A stretch of 64,000 nt of DNA from Octopus sinensis (taxonomy: Eukaryota): positions 99,386,001 through 99,450,000 of the forward strand of contig NC_042998.1 of assembly GCF_006345805.1 (NCBI RefSeq). The letters run 5' to 3'. The translations under genes were made by a program, and so were the position numbers. Shown here piece after piece: positions 50,450 through 62,720 of this stretch. The notes beneath the pieces are model-generated. The model saw only the letters and a list, made by a program, of their open reading frames with translations. It did not search any database and was not told the origin of the DNA. Numbering within the stretch: position 1 is the first letter of the stretch; each line of letters begins with the position of its first letter.

Positions 50450-50723
50450 CTAGGAAAAGATTAATATTCAATAAATAACAAATAAGAGAATATTTAAATG
50501 CTGGTATTCAACAACATATATATTAAATACTAGCAAGTTAAATTTATTTAGGGCATGATCCACATGATATCTTTTCTACTTCAAAATACATTCATGATTC
50601 CTGAATTTCTTTCTTCTATGCTTCATATGAGTACCACTTGAAAACTATTTTTCCCCATGTAAATCAGCACCAGCTTGCTATTTTTCAAACAATAATCAAT
50701 ATGATTCAAATTCTGCAATACAA

Positions 50724-52804
50724 TTTATCTAGGTCATCCCTCAGGACACCCCACAAGACGTTTCCACACATTTTCTGCATTCACCTTGATTTTCCATAAT
50801 GGTCCTCAGCTCCTGTACCCCTTCCATACCAGTATTCTCCAGCAAGTTTTCGATACAGGTTATCTTCCTCCTTCCTCTCCTGGTTCTTCCTTCTGTTGGT
50901 TGCCAGAGCACTAGCTTGCTAGCAATTTCGTTAGTATGTCTGATGCAGTGTCTAGCTAGCCTCATCCTTCTATGCTGTATCTTCAATGTTACTTTTGGTA
51001 GTGTTAGGAAATTATAACTAAACAGGTAAACAGTTTTACATGCTGTACTGTAAGATCAGGATGAATTCATTGTCAAAATGGGGGAAACTAGGTGTTATTA
51101 GCTAAAACAGTAAAACTATAACAAATTGGCTAGACCCTGGCAAACCTTTATAAGCAGAGATAATTGTACCCACCAGTTTTTTGTGACAGTTTTTCCATGA
51201 GACAAAGTTGTTCAATTGGATTCTGGAAGCTATGATTACCTATTTAGTTTATGCATATTGTGCTAACTATTTTCTATTAAGATAAATGTTAAAATATATA
51301 TAAATAGCTAAAGGGTGTATGAATTAATTTTTCATGTAGCCAAATTTTTGTATTAGACAACTGTAAATTTTGTCTAATGGTTACTCAGCATGCTTGTATG
51401 AAGCAGTTTTGTATGAATTTAAAGCAAACTAGATTTTTTGTTTAACTATTTAATTTGTTTACTATAATTATTGGGGTAGTCTGGCAGCCATTTTGTGTCA
51501 TGAACTTTTAGTTTAAACGGTTGCTTTGACATTAGATTTATTTATGTTTAGGTCCAAGGTTTCTACATCCAAGGTTCGAAACCCAAGGTTGAACACCGAA
51601 TTGATGGAAGACAGATTTTATGACATTCGAAGGTTCAAAATCCACTGTTTGAAATCTGAAGTTCGAAAACCGAATTTGTACTAGAATCGAAATCCAGGTT
51701 TTATGAAGTCCAAATATTTGGAAGGTATATTTTTGAAAAAAAACAAATTTGTGAGGCCAGGTTTTGTGTGAGATCAATTTTGGTGAAACCAAAAACTAGG
51801 ATTCAGAGTCCGAATTCTGAACTGTATATATATATATATGTTACCTTTGTAAATATTTTAACTGCAAATCTGGTGTAGCATTTGCTTTTTGTTTGTGTAT
51901 ATATTCGTTTTGTATGTAAGCTGATTTTTATGCTGACTATTGTTAATAATATTTTAGAAAAATTTCATGGTGTGTTGTTGTTTTGGATTCACCCTTTCCT
52001 CGTTGATTCTACAAATTTGGGTAATGGCCACCAGGTCATAACAGTAGTCCCTGGTATAAGTTGGCATTTGTTGCATGACTCTTCCAGGAGACACCAAGTG
52101 CCATTCTAAGCATCCTCGTATAACAAACATCCAGTTGATTCAGTACACAGAGGAATGATGATGAAGATACTTAAAGCACATATTCCACCAAGAATTCTGA
52201 GAGCAATAAGTAAGCTGTATGAGAACACCAGAGAGAAAGTGATCACTCCTGATGGGGAGACGGAATACTTTGAAGTCAAAGTTGGAGTATCACAAGGCGA
52301 CACGCTAGCACCTTATCTCTTTGCCATTGTTCTGGACTATGTAATGCGTAGAACATATGAGGGCAAGGAAGAAGAACTGGGATTCAAACTGCATAGTCAA
52401 AGAAGTAGACAGCATCAAGCAGTAAAAATAACTGACTATGTTGATGACTTTACTAACAGACAGGACAGATCAGGCACAGGAGGTGCTGAGCAGATTAGAG
52501 TAGGAATCGGGGAAGGTAGGATTGTACTGTAATGCAAAGAAAACAGAGCTGCAAGTAACCAACCACGAAATGCCTGTGTCAGTGAATGTGAGAGACGGTA
52601 AGTCACTCAAGGTAGTTGAAAATTTCAAATACCTTGGTGTATGGACAAAGTACTGAAGACATCGTAGCAAGGAAAGCTCTTGCCTGGAGCGCACGCCATA
52701 AATTGAGAAAGGTATGGATTTCAAAGTTAGCAAAGAAATTGAAAGGTTGTTTATGGCAACAGTGGAGTCTGTTCTTCTTGGATGCTCACTAAAGCATTGA
52801 AGAC
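50724..52804 (-). mobile_element. 5'-inverted RTE-type LINE insertion (second family), interrupted by a solo LTR
   Basis: 9-bp TSD GCAATACAA (50715-50723, 52805-52813); RT segment FDSVHRG...GDTLAPYLF...TKALKTQ on + (52135-52808); continuation QLDVCYTRMLRMALGVSW...YQGL/PKVTLKIQHRRMRL on - (52137-52044 and 51001-50730). Confidence 0.88.
51002..52043. mobile_element. Solo LTR-like insertion (1042 bp)
   Basis: Termini TGTTA...TAACA; 4-bp TSD GTAG (50998-51001, 52044-52047); removing it restores the LINE frame LYQGLPKV. Confidence 0.8.
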
Positions 52805-53342
52805 GCAATACAAGCTAAACTTAAACACTTATCAATACAGTATTTTCATTATTTCCAGTAATGAGCAGTACCAGCACTGTATATTTTTAGCTAAGCAGAT
52901 TAATTCAACAAAAATTTCAGTACCTTGGCCACACATACATTGTACAGTACCAATTCTTTCAAAAATAATCAATTCAAAATACAAGGCTATTTAGCCTCAA
53001 CACATTTGTACTGAAATAAAACTGCTTACATATTCAATGCTACTATTTTGTGATGATTCTTATATGATGACTTCTTAAATGGAGCACAAGTAGCTTGAGA
53101 GATGGTGTTTGCAGGAGAGAGAACTACAATGCGGCAGAGGAAGACATGGGAAGAAGAAAAGGTATTGGATCTAAAGCATGTTAAGTCTTAAGAGATGGAA
53201 TGACAAAGGAACATCAAGAGTGACAATATGAAGTAGAACAGACACATCTAATCCATGCCAGTGTGACAAAACAGATGTTATATTACAACAATATAGATAA
53301 CTATATATAAATGAATGAAAATGTTAGTTTATAGACTTTTAC

Positions 53343-53552
53343 CTTTTGATAGCCATGCACCAAAACTATACCCAATGTAGTTGGTTTTAGTTTACGCCCC
53401 GATATAATTTGAACATAATTCCGCTCACATATGTTATTGATGTGAACAGGAATACTCGCATCAGTACCAATACCATGTTTTTCCATCAATGTAATCAACT
53501 CACTTTCAGTCAGATAATCAGGAGGCCCAGTCTGACGTTCAGCAAGTCGGAC
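53343..53552 (-). CDS. TOP3B: TOP3B exon: VRLAERQTGPPDYLTESELITLMEKHGIGTDAS...LVHGYQK
   Basis: attcag acceptor, gtaaaa donor; 210 nt. Confidence 0.96.
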
Positions 53553-53700
53553 CTGAATGGGAGGAAAAAAAAGTATTTATTTGCAAAATTGTTTAGTACA
53601 AACGATGTTAAATTACCCTGGTATTCACATCATTCTCAACTTTACTATATCATCGTTCAATGTTCACCTTCCATGCTTGTATATATTTATTTATATATAT

Positions 53701-54655
53701 CATCATCATCATCGTTTAACGTCCGTTCTCCATGCTAGCATGGGTTGGACGGTTCGACCGGGGATCTGCACCAGACTCCAGTCTTATCTGGCAATGTTTC
53801 TACAGCTGGATGCCCTTCCTAACGCCAACCACTCCGTGAGTGTAGTGGGTGCTTTTTACGTGCCACCTGCACAGGTGCCAGGCGAGGCTGGCAACGGCCA
53901 CGGTCGGATTGGTGTATTTTACGTGCCACCGGCACGGAGGCCAGTCGAGGCGGCGCTGGCATCGGCCACGAGTCGGATAGTGCTTTTTACATACCACCAG
54001 ACCAGGGATCCTGGCTGGTTCAATTCGATTTCGATTGCCCCAACATGTCTTCGCAAGCAAAGGGGGTTGGCATGGGTGCCTGTCGTCGGATGAGGTTCTA
54101 TATTGACTTCACTTGCCTCAACAGGTCTTTGTGTCCAAGGGAGGAAAGGCATGCATAAGTGGGCTGGGCTCACTTGACCTGCCTGGTCTTCTCACGTACA
54201 GCATATTTCCAAAGGTCTCGGTCGCTGGTCATTACCTCAGTGAGGCCTAAAGTTCGAAGGTCGTGCTTCACCACCTCGCCCCAGGTTTTCTTGGGTCTAC
54301 CTCTTCCACGGGTTCCCTCAACTGCTAGGGATTGGCACTTTCTCACACACCTATCTTCATCCATTCTCGCCACATGACCATACCAGCGCAATCGTCTCTC
54401 TTGCACACCACAACTGATGCTTCTTAGGTACAACATTTCTCTCAAGGTACTAACGCTCTGTCGAGTATGTACACTGACATTACACATCCATTGGAGCATA
54501 CTGGCTTCATTCCTCACAAGCTTACGCATGTCCTCAGCAGTCACGGCCCATGTTTCACTGCCATGTAGCATGGCTGTTCGTACACATGCATCATACAGTC
54601 TGCCTTTTACTCTGAGCGAGAGGCCTTTAGTCACCAGCAGAGGTAAGAGCTCCCT
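53701..54655 (-). mobile_element. Young 5'-truncated RTE LINE (ORF end, 3' UTR, (GAT)n tail)
   Basis: ORF end differs at about 9 of 153 aa from the copy at 16260-16715; flanked by TTATATATAT on both sides (53691-53700, 54655-54664). Confidence 0.92.
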
Positions 54656-54706
<51 letters not shown>

Positions 54707-55809
54707 GCCGAGTCCACATGTAATATATAATAAACAATTATATAATATATATTAACCAATTGGATATTTTAATCAATAATTAAATCTAAAACACAACCTG
54801 AATACCTAATTTTGTACAAGAGAGACAAGTTTTTAATTACAGTAAAGAATATTGCTCAGATACTGATGTTTTGAATCAGTTCAGAAGGTAGAGCAAAGAC
54901 AATGTACCACCTTATTTAGTCATTTCCAGTGTTTTAGGTCCATGCACACAAACATTCTTTTTATCTTAGGCTATAATAGTCCATTGCCCTCCCAAATCCA
55001 TTTCCACCACTTTATTTCTATTGTCATTCTCACCCAAACCAGTCTTGTACTTCCCTTCATTGTTTTCATGTATTAATTTGTCATCCTCCTATCTTCTTTT
55101 CTGTCTGCCTCTCCCTTCTCAATCTCTCTCAAGGAATCTGTTCCAGGGTTCTTTATGTCTATCTGTTGTCCTTTCATCTAGCTAAATCACCTGCTCACCT
55201 TCACTTTGTTTTAGCTAGTTCTCAAAGTATATCTCTAACTCCTGTTTTCCCTCTCATATCTATACATCAAATTCTATCTTTCAACATAATATTCATGCAA
55301 AGAGACCCTATCAGTCTCAACATTTTCCTCAGTGCACTGCAAGAAATATTCAAGAAAATATGTTTGTAGAAAGACGTAGAATCCTTAAAAGCTATAAGAT
55401 TTGTGAACGACACAGGTTTGTGAATCACCACAAATACAGTCACAGAACCGGGAGGATAACTTAAGCACATAAACTACGGAAAGTAGGGTGAATGTACACA
55501 AAGGAAAGGTCAAAAACATGTCAAACTGCAACATACACAAAGAGATCATCATCATCATCATTTAGCGTCCGTTTTCCATGCTAGCATGGGTTGGACGGTT
55601 CAACTGGGGTCTGTGAAGCTGGAAGGCTTCATCAGGCCCAGTCAGATCTGGCAGTGTTTCTACAGCTGGATGCCCTTCCTAACGCCAACCACTCCGTGAG
55701 TGTAGATAAGGAGAGAAAACAATATACACACTTATAACCCACCACTGACTGTTTATTTCATATTTATTCAAGGACAGAAAACTGAGAACACTTGTAAAAA
55801 TGTACTTAC

Positions 55810-55992
55810 TTCTGTAACATTGTAATTTTCTCCTTTGACAAAAGGTGGCAGTTCCTCGTCATCTGTAATAGCTTGCCATGTCATAATTGCAGTGTAGCCA
55901 GGATCACTGAGTATATTACCTGTACAGGTAAACTTCTCTTGGCCAATCTCAAAATAAACGGTTGTTTGCATGTAACGACAATCAGGAGAGAC
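55810..55992 (-). CDS. TOP3B: TOP3B exon: VSPDCRYMQTTVYFEIG...FVKGENYNVTE
   Basis: ttgtag acceptor, gtaagt donor; 183 nt. Confidence 0.94.
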
Positions 55993-56750
55993 CTACAAAA
56001 AGTTTACAAAACATATATTTCATTCCAGCATATTTTTACAAAACTATGTAATCAAAAATCTAAGTACTGGCATCTTCTATGCTACACAAAACTAAGTCTT
56101 GGTTTCTCCTAACTACACGAGTTGATCATTCAGTTTGCAAAGCTCTAGCAAGGCCGTCATGCAGTTTGCAAGACTACAAACCCTAATATAATGAAGTATT
56201 TTCTCCCTCAAATTCAAGATCTTATGTCTCTATGCTTGAAACAGTTTTTTTACTAATATATCAACATGGCAAGAAAATTAGAATAAATTTGGTTCACAAA
56301 AATATATTTACATCTTTAGAACACATATAGCCTTGACGTAGAATGAAACATGGGAATACACCTCAAATTCTCAACAGGGTTGTATGAAGAAGGAACTGAT
56401 TATTTTCAAATATCCTTAACTCACAATTAGAAGTCATTTATCTCTAACACTATGAAACCTAGTAAAAGAGCTCAGAGCCACATTGTGTGAATGTATCATA
56501 ATTCACACAAGCTGAGCTAATTTATACACTGATGTTAGTCTGACTACCATTAAACTAAACATACAACAACAGAGCATGAAAAATAAACACAAATTTTCGG
56601 TGTTTAAAAATGTAGTTTTGCTATGAAATGAAACATGGATATATTTTCCAAGATCAAGCCTTGTTGCAAAAGAAAAAATGTCTCAAATCGTTCTTAGGAA
56701 ATGAATATGTTAAAAAAAAAATTAACATTAACCTCAGTCTATATACTTAC

Positions 56751-56871
56751 AGTAGCAATGAAATGTTGTGCAATATATTCATAGAGTTTCCAGGCATCAT
56801 GACCAAGCTCACTCTCACTGGCCCCTTTCATTGGAGTAATAGGGGGATGATCACCAGCATCATGACCTTTC
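56751..56871 (-). CDS. TOP3B: TOP3B exon: KGHDAGDHPPITPMKGASESELGHDAWKLYEYIAQHFIAT
   Basis: tttcag acceptor, gtaagt donor; 1+120 nt. Confidence 0.95.
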
Positions 56872-57151
56872 CTGAAAGAAAATAAATATTTTGTTTATAT
56901 CAAATAAATGTAGAAAGAGAACATAAAAAATGAACAATAAAGAAATGAAATACATCTTTTTAATGGTTTCACTCACTGGCCTGTTGCCATGCGATGCACT
57001 GCTTTCTGTGGTATAATCAACTACACTGATCCTAGAACTTATTTTACTGATATTGGAAAGATGAAAGGTAAGGTACCTGGGGCAGGATTTCAATTCAGAA
57101 TGTAAAGTGACATTCAAATACTACAAGGTATTTTGTCAGACACTCTATTAA

Positions 57152-57365
57152 TAAGCACGCTGGGCGAAATGCTTAGTGGTATTTCGTCTGCCGTTACGTT
57201 CTGCATTCAAATTCCACCAAGGTCAACTTTGCCTTTCATCCTTTCGGGGTCGATAAATTAAGTGCCATTTATGCACTGGGGTCGATGTAATTGACTTAAT
57301 CCCTTTGACTGTCCTTGTTTGTCCCCTCTATGTTTAGCCCCTTGTGGGCAATAAAGAAATAAGAT
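57152..57365 (+). repeat. SINE family A (young), head-to-head with a decayed copy at about 57030-57135(-)
   Basis: GGGCGAAATGCTTAGTGGTATTTCGTCTGCCGTTACG...CCTTTCGGGGTCGATAAATTAAG. Confidence 0.85.
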
Positions 57366-57831
57366 GGGAGAGGTTTGGGGGAGAGAGAGGAAGAGATGAG
57401 AGGGCAAGGAGTAAAAGAGTGTGAGATATGTGAGTAGGGGTGGTGTGGTACAGCTGTATAAGGGATGGGTACAGAAAAGGTAGAGAGAAGGGAAGAATGG
57501 GGTGATATGTAAGTGGGTTTTGGTTTTGATAGTAAAAGTTGAGGTGGAATGAAGAATATAAGGGAGTCAAATTGCTATAGACATGTGTGGTAAATTAGTA
57601 GAAAAAGAAAGTAAGAATGTATGTGTGAATATGTATACACACATGGATATATACATACTAATACATGACCCATGTTGGACTCCTCACTTGTATCATTATC
57701 AAGCCATGGTCTATCCATAGCACTTACTTAGCGTTTACCTGATACCTTTTGAGTCTTCCTGACACCAATACCTTTCATACCCTTAAAATACAGTATATAA
57801 GTAGTAAAAAGTGATGATAAAAAATTCATAC

Positions 57832-57915
57832 CTTGGTTTCTGAATTCCTTGCTTTAAAAGGTCTTTAACATAAGAACCCCACTGGGAGCTGTTGGTTTGC
57901 TGCCGTAAGGTACCA
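57832..57915 (-). CDS. TOP3B: TOP3B exon: GTLRQQTNSSQWGSYVKDLLKQGIQKP
   Basis: cttcag acceptor, gtatga donor; 1+81+2 nt. Confidence 0.92.
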
Positions 57916-58898
57916 CTGAAGTAGAAAGTGATCTCATGAGACAAGAGGTTACAGTAATGAAGTACTGAAAATTTTTACATGATGAAAAAAGCCAGAAATA
58001 CTGCAGTTAATTCAATCATTTAGAAGTACTGACAAATATTATTGATAGATATCAAAGTAATGACTTCAAATATTAAGTACAAGGGCACATGTTTTTCAGA
58101 AAGAGTATAATTGATCTCATCATCTCCAGAATATGACTGCCTCTCCAAAGCATATTTTCAACAATACAGGATAGTTGGCTCTGCAAACTTAAATATTTTC
58201 CTTAATTACTAGACTCACAATGACTGTATGAATAAAATGGCTATTCTACTGAAATCAAATTTCCAATAAGTTTTTTGTTTCGTGTGCAAAGGAACTGCAC
58301 TTATAGGCATGACTGTGTAGTTAAGAAGCTTGCTTTGCAACCATGTGGTTTCAAGTTCAGTCCCACAGCACAGTACCATAGGTACGTGTCTTCTACAATA
58401 GCCAATCAATGCCTTGTAAGTGAATTTGATATCTGGAAATTGTGTGGAAACTTGTCATGCACATGGGTGTGTGACAACCAGAGTCAGCTTCTTTACATCT
58501 CCATTATTTAGTGTCTGGCAGATGACAGAATAAATATCAGACTTAAAAACTACAGTTTATCTTGTTGACTGCAGCTTCCACAATTCAACTTGATGATTTA
58601 TCAAATTTAACCAAATGCCTAAATTTGTAAAAACCATATCCACCCCATGCTAACATTGAAAAATAGATACAAATAACAAGAGAAATATGTTCTATTCTAA
58701 ACAGAGACACTCTTAAATACGAGAAAAGGCTCCGTAATATACTTTGAAGGATTAAAATTTTTGATTAATAGTTTAAGACCATGAAGAAAACAAGGAAAAT
58801 ATTGTTGAGTCAAGGCTGCAACATTCTCTATCTTTATCCTGTCAATTTATAAACCAAATATTTTTATAAACTATTAAGTTGTATTTATGTTTTCTTAC

Positions 58899-59007
58899 AC
58901 AAGGTCAAAGTTTGCGGGATAGTGTGTTGTTTCTGTTCTTGGGTAACTGATATAGCCTTGGGTGTACAATCTTTCAGCAATTTGCATGGTATGGTGGGGA
59001 CTCATAC
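58899..59007 (-). CDS. TOP3B: TOP3B exon with the catalytic tyrosine: [35 protein letters not shown]
   Basis: ctatag acceptor, gtaaga donor; type IA topoisomerase active-site motif GYISYPRT. Confidence 0.96.
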
Positions 59008-59133
59008 CTATAGAAAAAAAAGTTAGGAAACACAACATTAATTTGCAATTAAAAATTTTCACTTTTATTTCTAATTGTGCCTTAAATAGTAATGTTACTC
59101 ACTGAGTAAGTTTTAGTATAAATAGAATTTTAC

Positions 59134-59225
59134 CCAACGCAGAACTTGCAATCCGAAGCATTTCAACTGTGTTTAAAGCCTGGGGATGAGATTTGGTCTT
59201 CTCTTTCTTAATCACATCATACACT
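59134..59225 (-). CDS. TOP3B: TOP3B exon: VYDVIKKEKTKSHPQALNTVEMLRIASSAL
   Basis: tattag acceptor, gtaaaa donor; 1+90+1 nt. Confidence 0.94.
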
Positions 59226-59405
59226 CTAATAGAGGAAAGAAAGAAAAAAAACAACAAATTTTAAAATAATATTTAGTTTTATCATTGATTTTAGAAGTAC
59301 TTTAATCAATTAAATTAATAAGAGAAAGTATTCAATGTACGTAGAAATATATACAATCTTTATTTTCAAATGATACTTATAAGATTAAACCTAAGAGATT
59401 CATTA

Positions 59406-61052
59406 CACTAGTTTACAGAGAAATTGAGGCAAATATAAAAATAGTTGTTCCAGCCTAATTTTGGGGTGCTGATTTCAGATACAAAACCAATTTTCACTCA
59501 TCACCTCTAGTTTTTGAGATATACATTATTATGATTTTGCAACAATTCATGCAACCATATATATGATCAATTTTTATTTTGTTTTCCAGATTTTTGTGAT
59601 ACATATAATACATATCTCTACAATGATTTCAGACACTTCAAAACACCAATGATGCATCAACAAGGCAAATTCATTCTGCTACGTGTGGAGAGATTTCATG
59701 ACAGTTGCACAGCGCCAAACAATTACTTCCCTCCTGAGAACTGCTTACTTTCATTATTTTGACTGTAAAATTGGAGATCTGGATAAATCCTGGGTCCCAT
59801 CTAATCCCTGCTACAATAGATTAACAACAAGAAAGCAGCCTTCAACTTTGCTGTCCCGATGGTTTGGAGAGAGTCAGAAAGTCATGCAGATGATTGTTAT
59901 TTTTTACTAACAAATACAACAGCTTCTTCTAGAAAAAAGATAAAATATCCCAACTTTCCCTCAGCTACAAGACCTGTCCCTCAACTCAGATGATCCCCCT
60001 GTCCCTAGACTCCCAGCAAATAAGGATCTTCCTTCATCAGATGAAGAAATGCCTTCAGGGGAAGGTTCTACCAAGTTGATTTCTTCTAAAGACAATGAGC
60101 CCCACTGGACCATGCAGGAAGACCTGAATGATCTTGCCCATGATTAGTATCTATCTAAGTAGCAGTCAGAGCTTCTGGCATCCCGGCTTAAGCATTGGTC
60201 AAGGCAGATGTAAGGATCATCAGTTTCAGGACATGAACCAGGACTTTGCTTCATTCTTTAACATGGAAAACAGGTTGTGCTACTGCACAAATGTCTCTGG
60301 CTTATCTACCTCCCTTGGTTTCCCACACAATCCCTCAGACTGGCATCTTGTCATAGATTCTTCCAAGCAAAGTCTGAAAGCTGTGTTCCTGCACAAGGAG
60401 AATAAATACTCTAGCATTCCTATTGCCTACTCAGTCCATCTGAAGGAGACATATCACAATATAGAGCTCTTATTGGAAGCTGCCAAGTACAACCAGTGCC
60501 AATGGAGTCTCTGCAGGGACCTCAAGGTCATTGGGCTCCTTATGGGTATGCAAACAGGCTTCACAAAGTACTGTTGCTTTCTCTGTCTCTGGGACAGTCA
60601 GGTTGTGTCCAAGCACTATAAGCAAAAGGACTGGGGATCTAGGAGCACTTTCATGTCTGGTGAACACAGTGTCCAAGAAAATCCTCTGGTGGACATGAAC
60701 AAGGTGCTTCTTACTCCTCTTCATATCAAGCTTGGTTTAATGAAGAATTTTGTGAAGGTCATGGACAAAAATGGTGCTGCCTTCCAACACTTGTGCACTC
60801 TGTTCCCAGCCTTGAGTTCTGCTAAACTCAAGGAGGGCATCTTCATCAGACCTCAGATCTGAGAGGTGCTGAAGGATAAGGACTTTGAGGAGCTCCTTAC
60901 CTTAAAAGAATTGAGAGCATAGGAATCGTTTAAGTCAGTCTGCCATGGCTTCCTTGGTAACACACAAGTACTAGATTACCAAGAGTGTATCGAGAAGTTG
61001 TTATAGTCTTATGAGGATATAGCATGCTGAATGTCACTCAAAATTCGTTTTG
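59406..61052 (+). mobile_element. Chapaev(3)-like DNA transposon remnant (left end plus broken transposase)
   Basis: Begins CACTAG; N-terminal FCYVCGDF..AYFHYFDCKIGDLDKSWVP; core LVIDSSKQSLKAVFLH, DLKVIGLLMGMQTGFTKYCCFLCLWDS, PLHIKLGLMKNFVK, KLKEGIF, MSLKI; cut off by an RTE-tail copy at about 61052. Confidence 0.8.
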
Positions 61053-61518
61053 TGGGTTGTTGCCAGTACTGCCAGACTGGCTTCCTGTGCCAGTGGCATG
61101 TAAAAAGCACCATCCAAATGTGGCCGATGCCAGTGCCACCTGACTGGCTCCTGAGCCAGTGGCACGTAAAGAGCACCCACTACACTCTTGGAGTGTTTGG
61201 CGTTAGGAAGGGCATCCAGCTGTAGGAATTTTGCCAGATCAGATTGGAGCCTGGTGCAGCCTCCTGGCTTTCCAGACCTCAGTCAAACTGTCCAACCCAT
61301 GCCAGCATGGAAAATGGACGTTAAACAATGATGATGATGATGATGTGATAGAGCAAGACTGTTAAAAAAATTGAATTTACCTCATCAAAATTAGTAAAAA
61401 ACACCTATTCACATCCTTGTCTCAGAGCAAAAAAATATTCTGTAAACCAGTGTTATTATTACTGACTATCATTATAAAAAAATTAAAGAAATCCAAAAAT
61501 AAAAAGAAATAATCAAAC

Positions 61519-61631
61519 CTGGCTGAATCAGCAGATTTGATCATGGAAAGGAACATCTGTACAACTTCTTTATCAAACACACGATATCGTTCCCAGTCAA
61601 CATGGACATTTTTGCCATCAGGATGAGCCAC
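61519..61631 (-). CDS. TOP3B: TOP3B exon: VAHPDGKNVHVDWERYRVFDKEVVQMFLSMIKSADSA
   Basis: tcgtag acceptor, gtttga donor; 111+2 nt. Confidence 0.92.
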
Positions 61632-62261
61632 CTACGATATAAAAAAGATACTTGCTTAAACTAGAAGAAAATGAGCAAAATAACAAGACATTAAATGATG
61701 TAGAAATAGAGTATCTAAGTATATATTTTCATAAATGTTAATTAATTACTGAGTAACTCCGCTTAGCTTTGATTGATTAGATCTAAAATACAGAAACAGC
61801 AAATTCACCTCTTTCGTTTTGCTCCTTCACCTCCTTGGTGGTGACAGTGTTGTCAAAGCTATCATTGTTTTTATCAAGTAAGATGACATTGAGGCAGTGT
61901 TTTCTACAGCCTAATGCCCTTCCCAATATCAACCCTCGTTTGTTTCCAAGCAAGATAATGTCTCAGACTACTGAAAAACAAAACAGTCTGGGCATGATTT
62001 TGCAGGGGACTGCAAAATAAATGACACCATTTGTATGAATGGTGAGGCTCTTGTTTACAATCAGTGTGCACATGTCAACAAGGCTGGATACACTTTCACA
62101 GTGGACTGCAAACGATAAAGAGTTAGTCATTCTTACAATCAGTTTGCACACATGTCAAGACAAGGGGAAATAAGAACTCACATACACAATCACACGTAAT
62201 GAGCTTCCTTCAGCTCCCATCTACCAATTTTACCCAGACAGTATTGGTCAATCAACAACAA

Positions 62262-62708
62262 CAACCCTTTCTACTATAGGTACAAAGCCTGAAATTTGGG
62301 GGAGGGGGATAGTCGATTACATCGACCCCAGTACTTAACTGGTACTTGATGTATCGACCCTGAAAGGATAAAAGGCAAAGTTGACTGCAGTGGAATTTGA
62401 ACTCAGAACATAGCTATAGATGAAATACCACTAAGCATTTTGCCCGGCATTCTAACGATTCTGCTAGCTCACCACTTTTACAACAATAATAATGGCATAA
62501 AATTTTGGCACAAGGCCAGCAATTTTGGGGATGTGTGTTAGTTTAGTTCATCAATTCCAGTGCTCAACAGGTACTTATTTTACTAACTGCAAAAGGATGA
62601 AAGGTAAAGTTGACCTCAGGAGAATTTAAACTCAGAATATAAAGACTTGGGGTAAATGCCACTAAGCATTTCGTTTGATATGCTAACATTTTGCCAGCAC
62701 ATCATCTT
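62262..62708 (-). repeat. Two tandem SINE family A copies
   Basis: Cores at about 62340-62410 and 62570-62640. Confidence 0.75.
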
Positions 62709-62720
62709 AATGATAGTATA

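Noticed and set aside
61360-61410. Possible right subterminal repeat of the Chapaev element
   Set aside because: Only about 65% similar by eye to the reverse complement of the left end, AT-rich, and no terminal GTG or TSD found.
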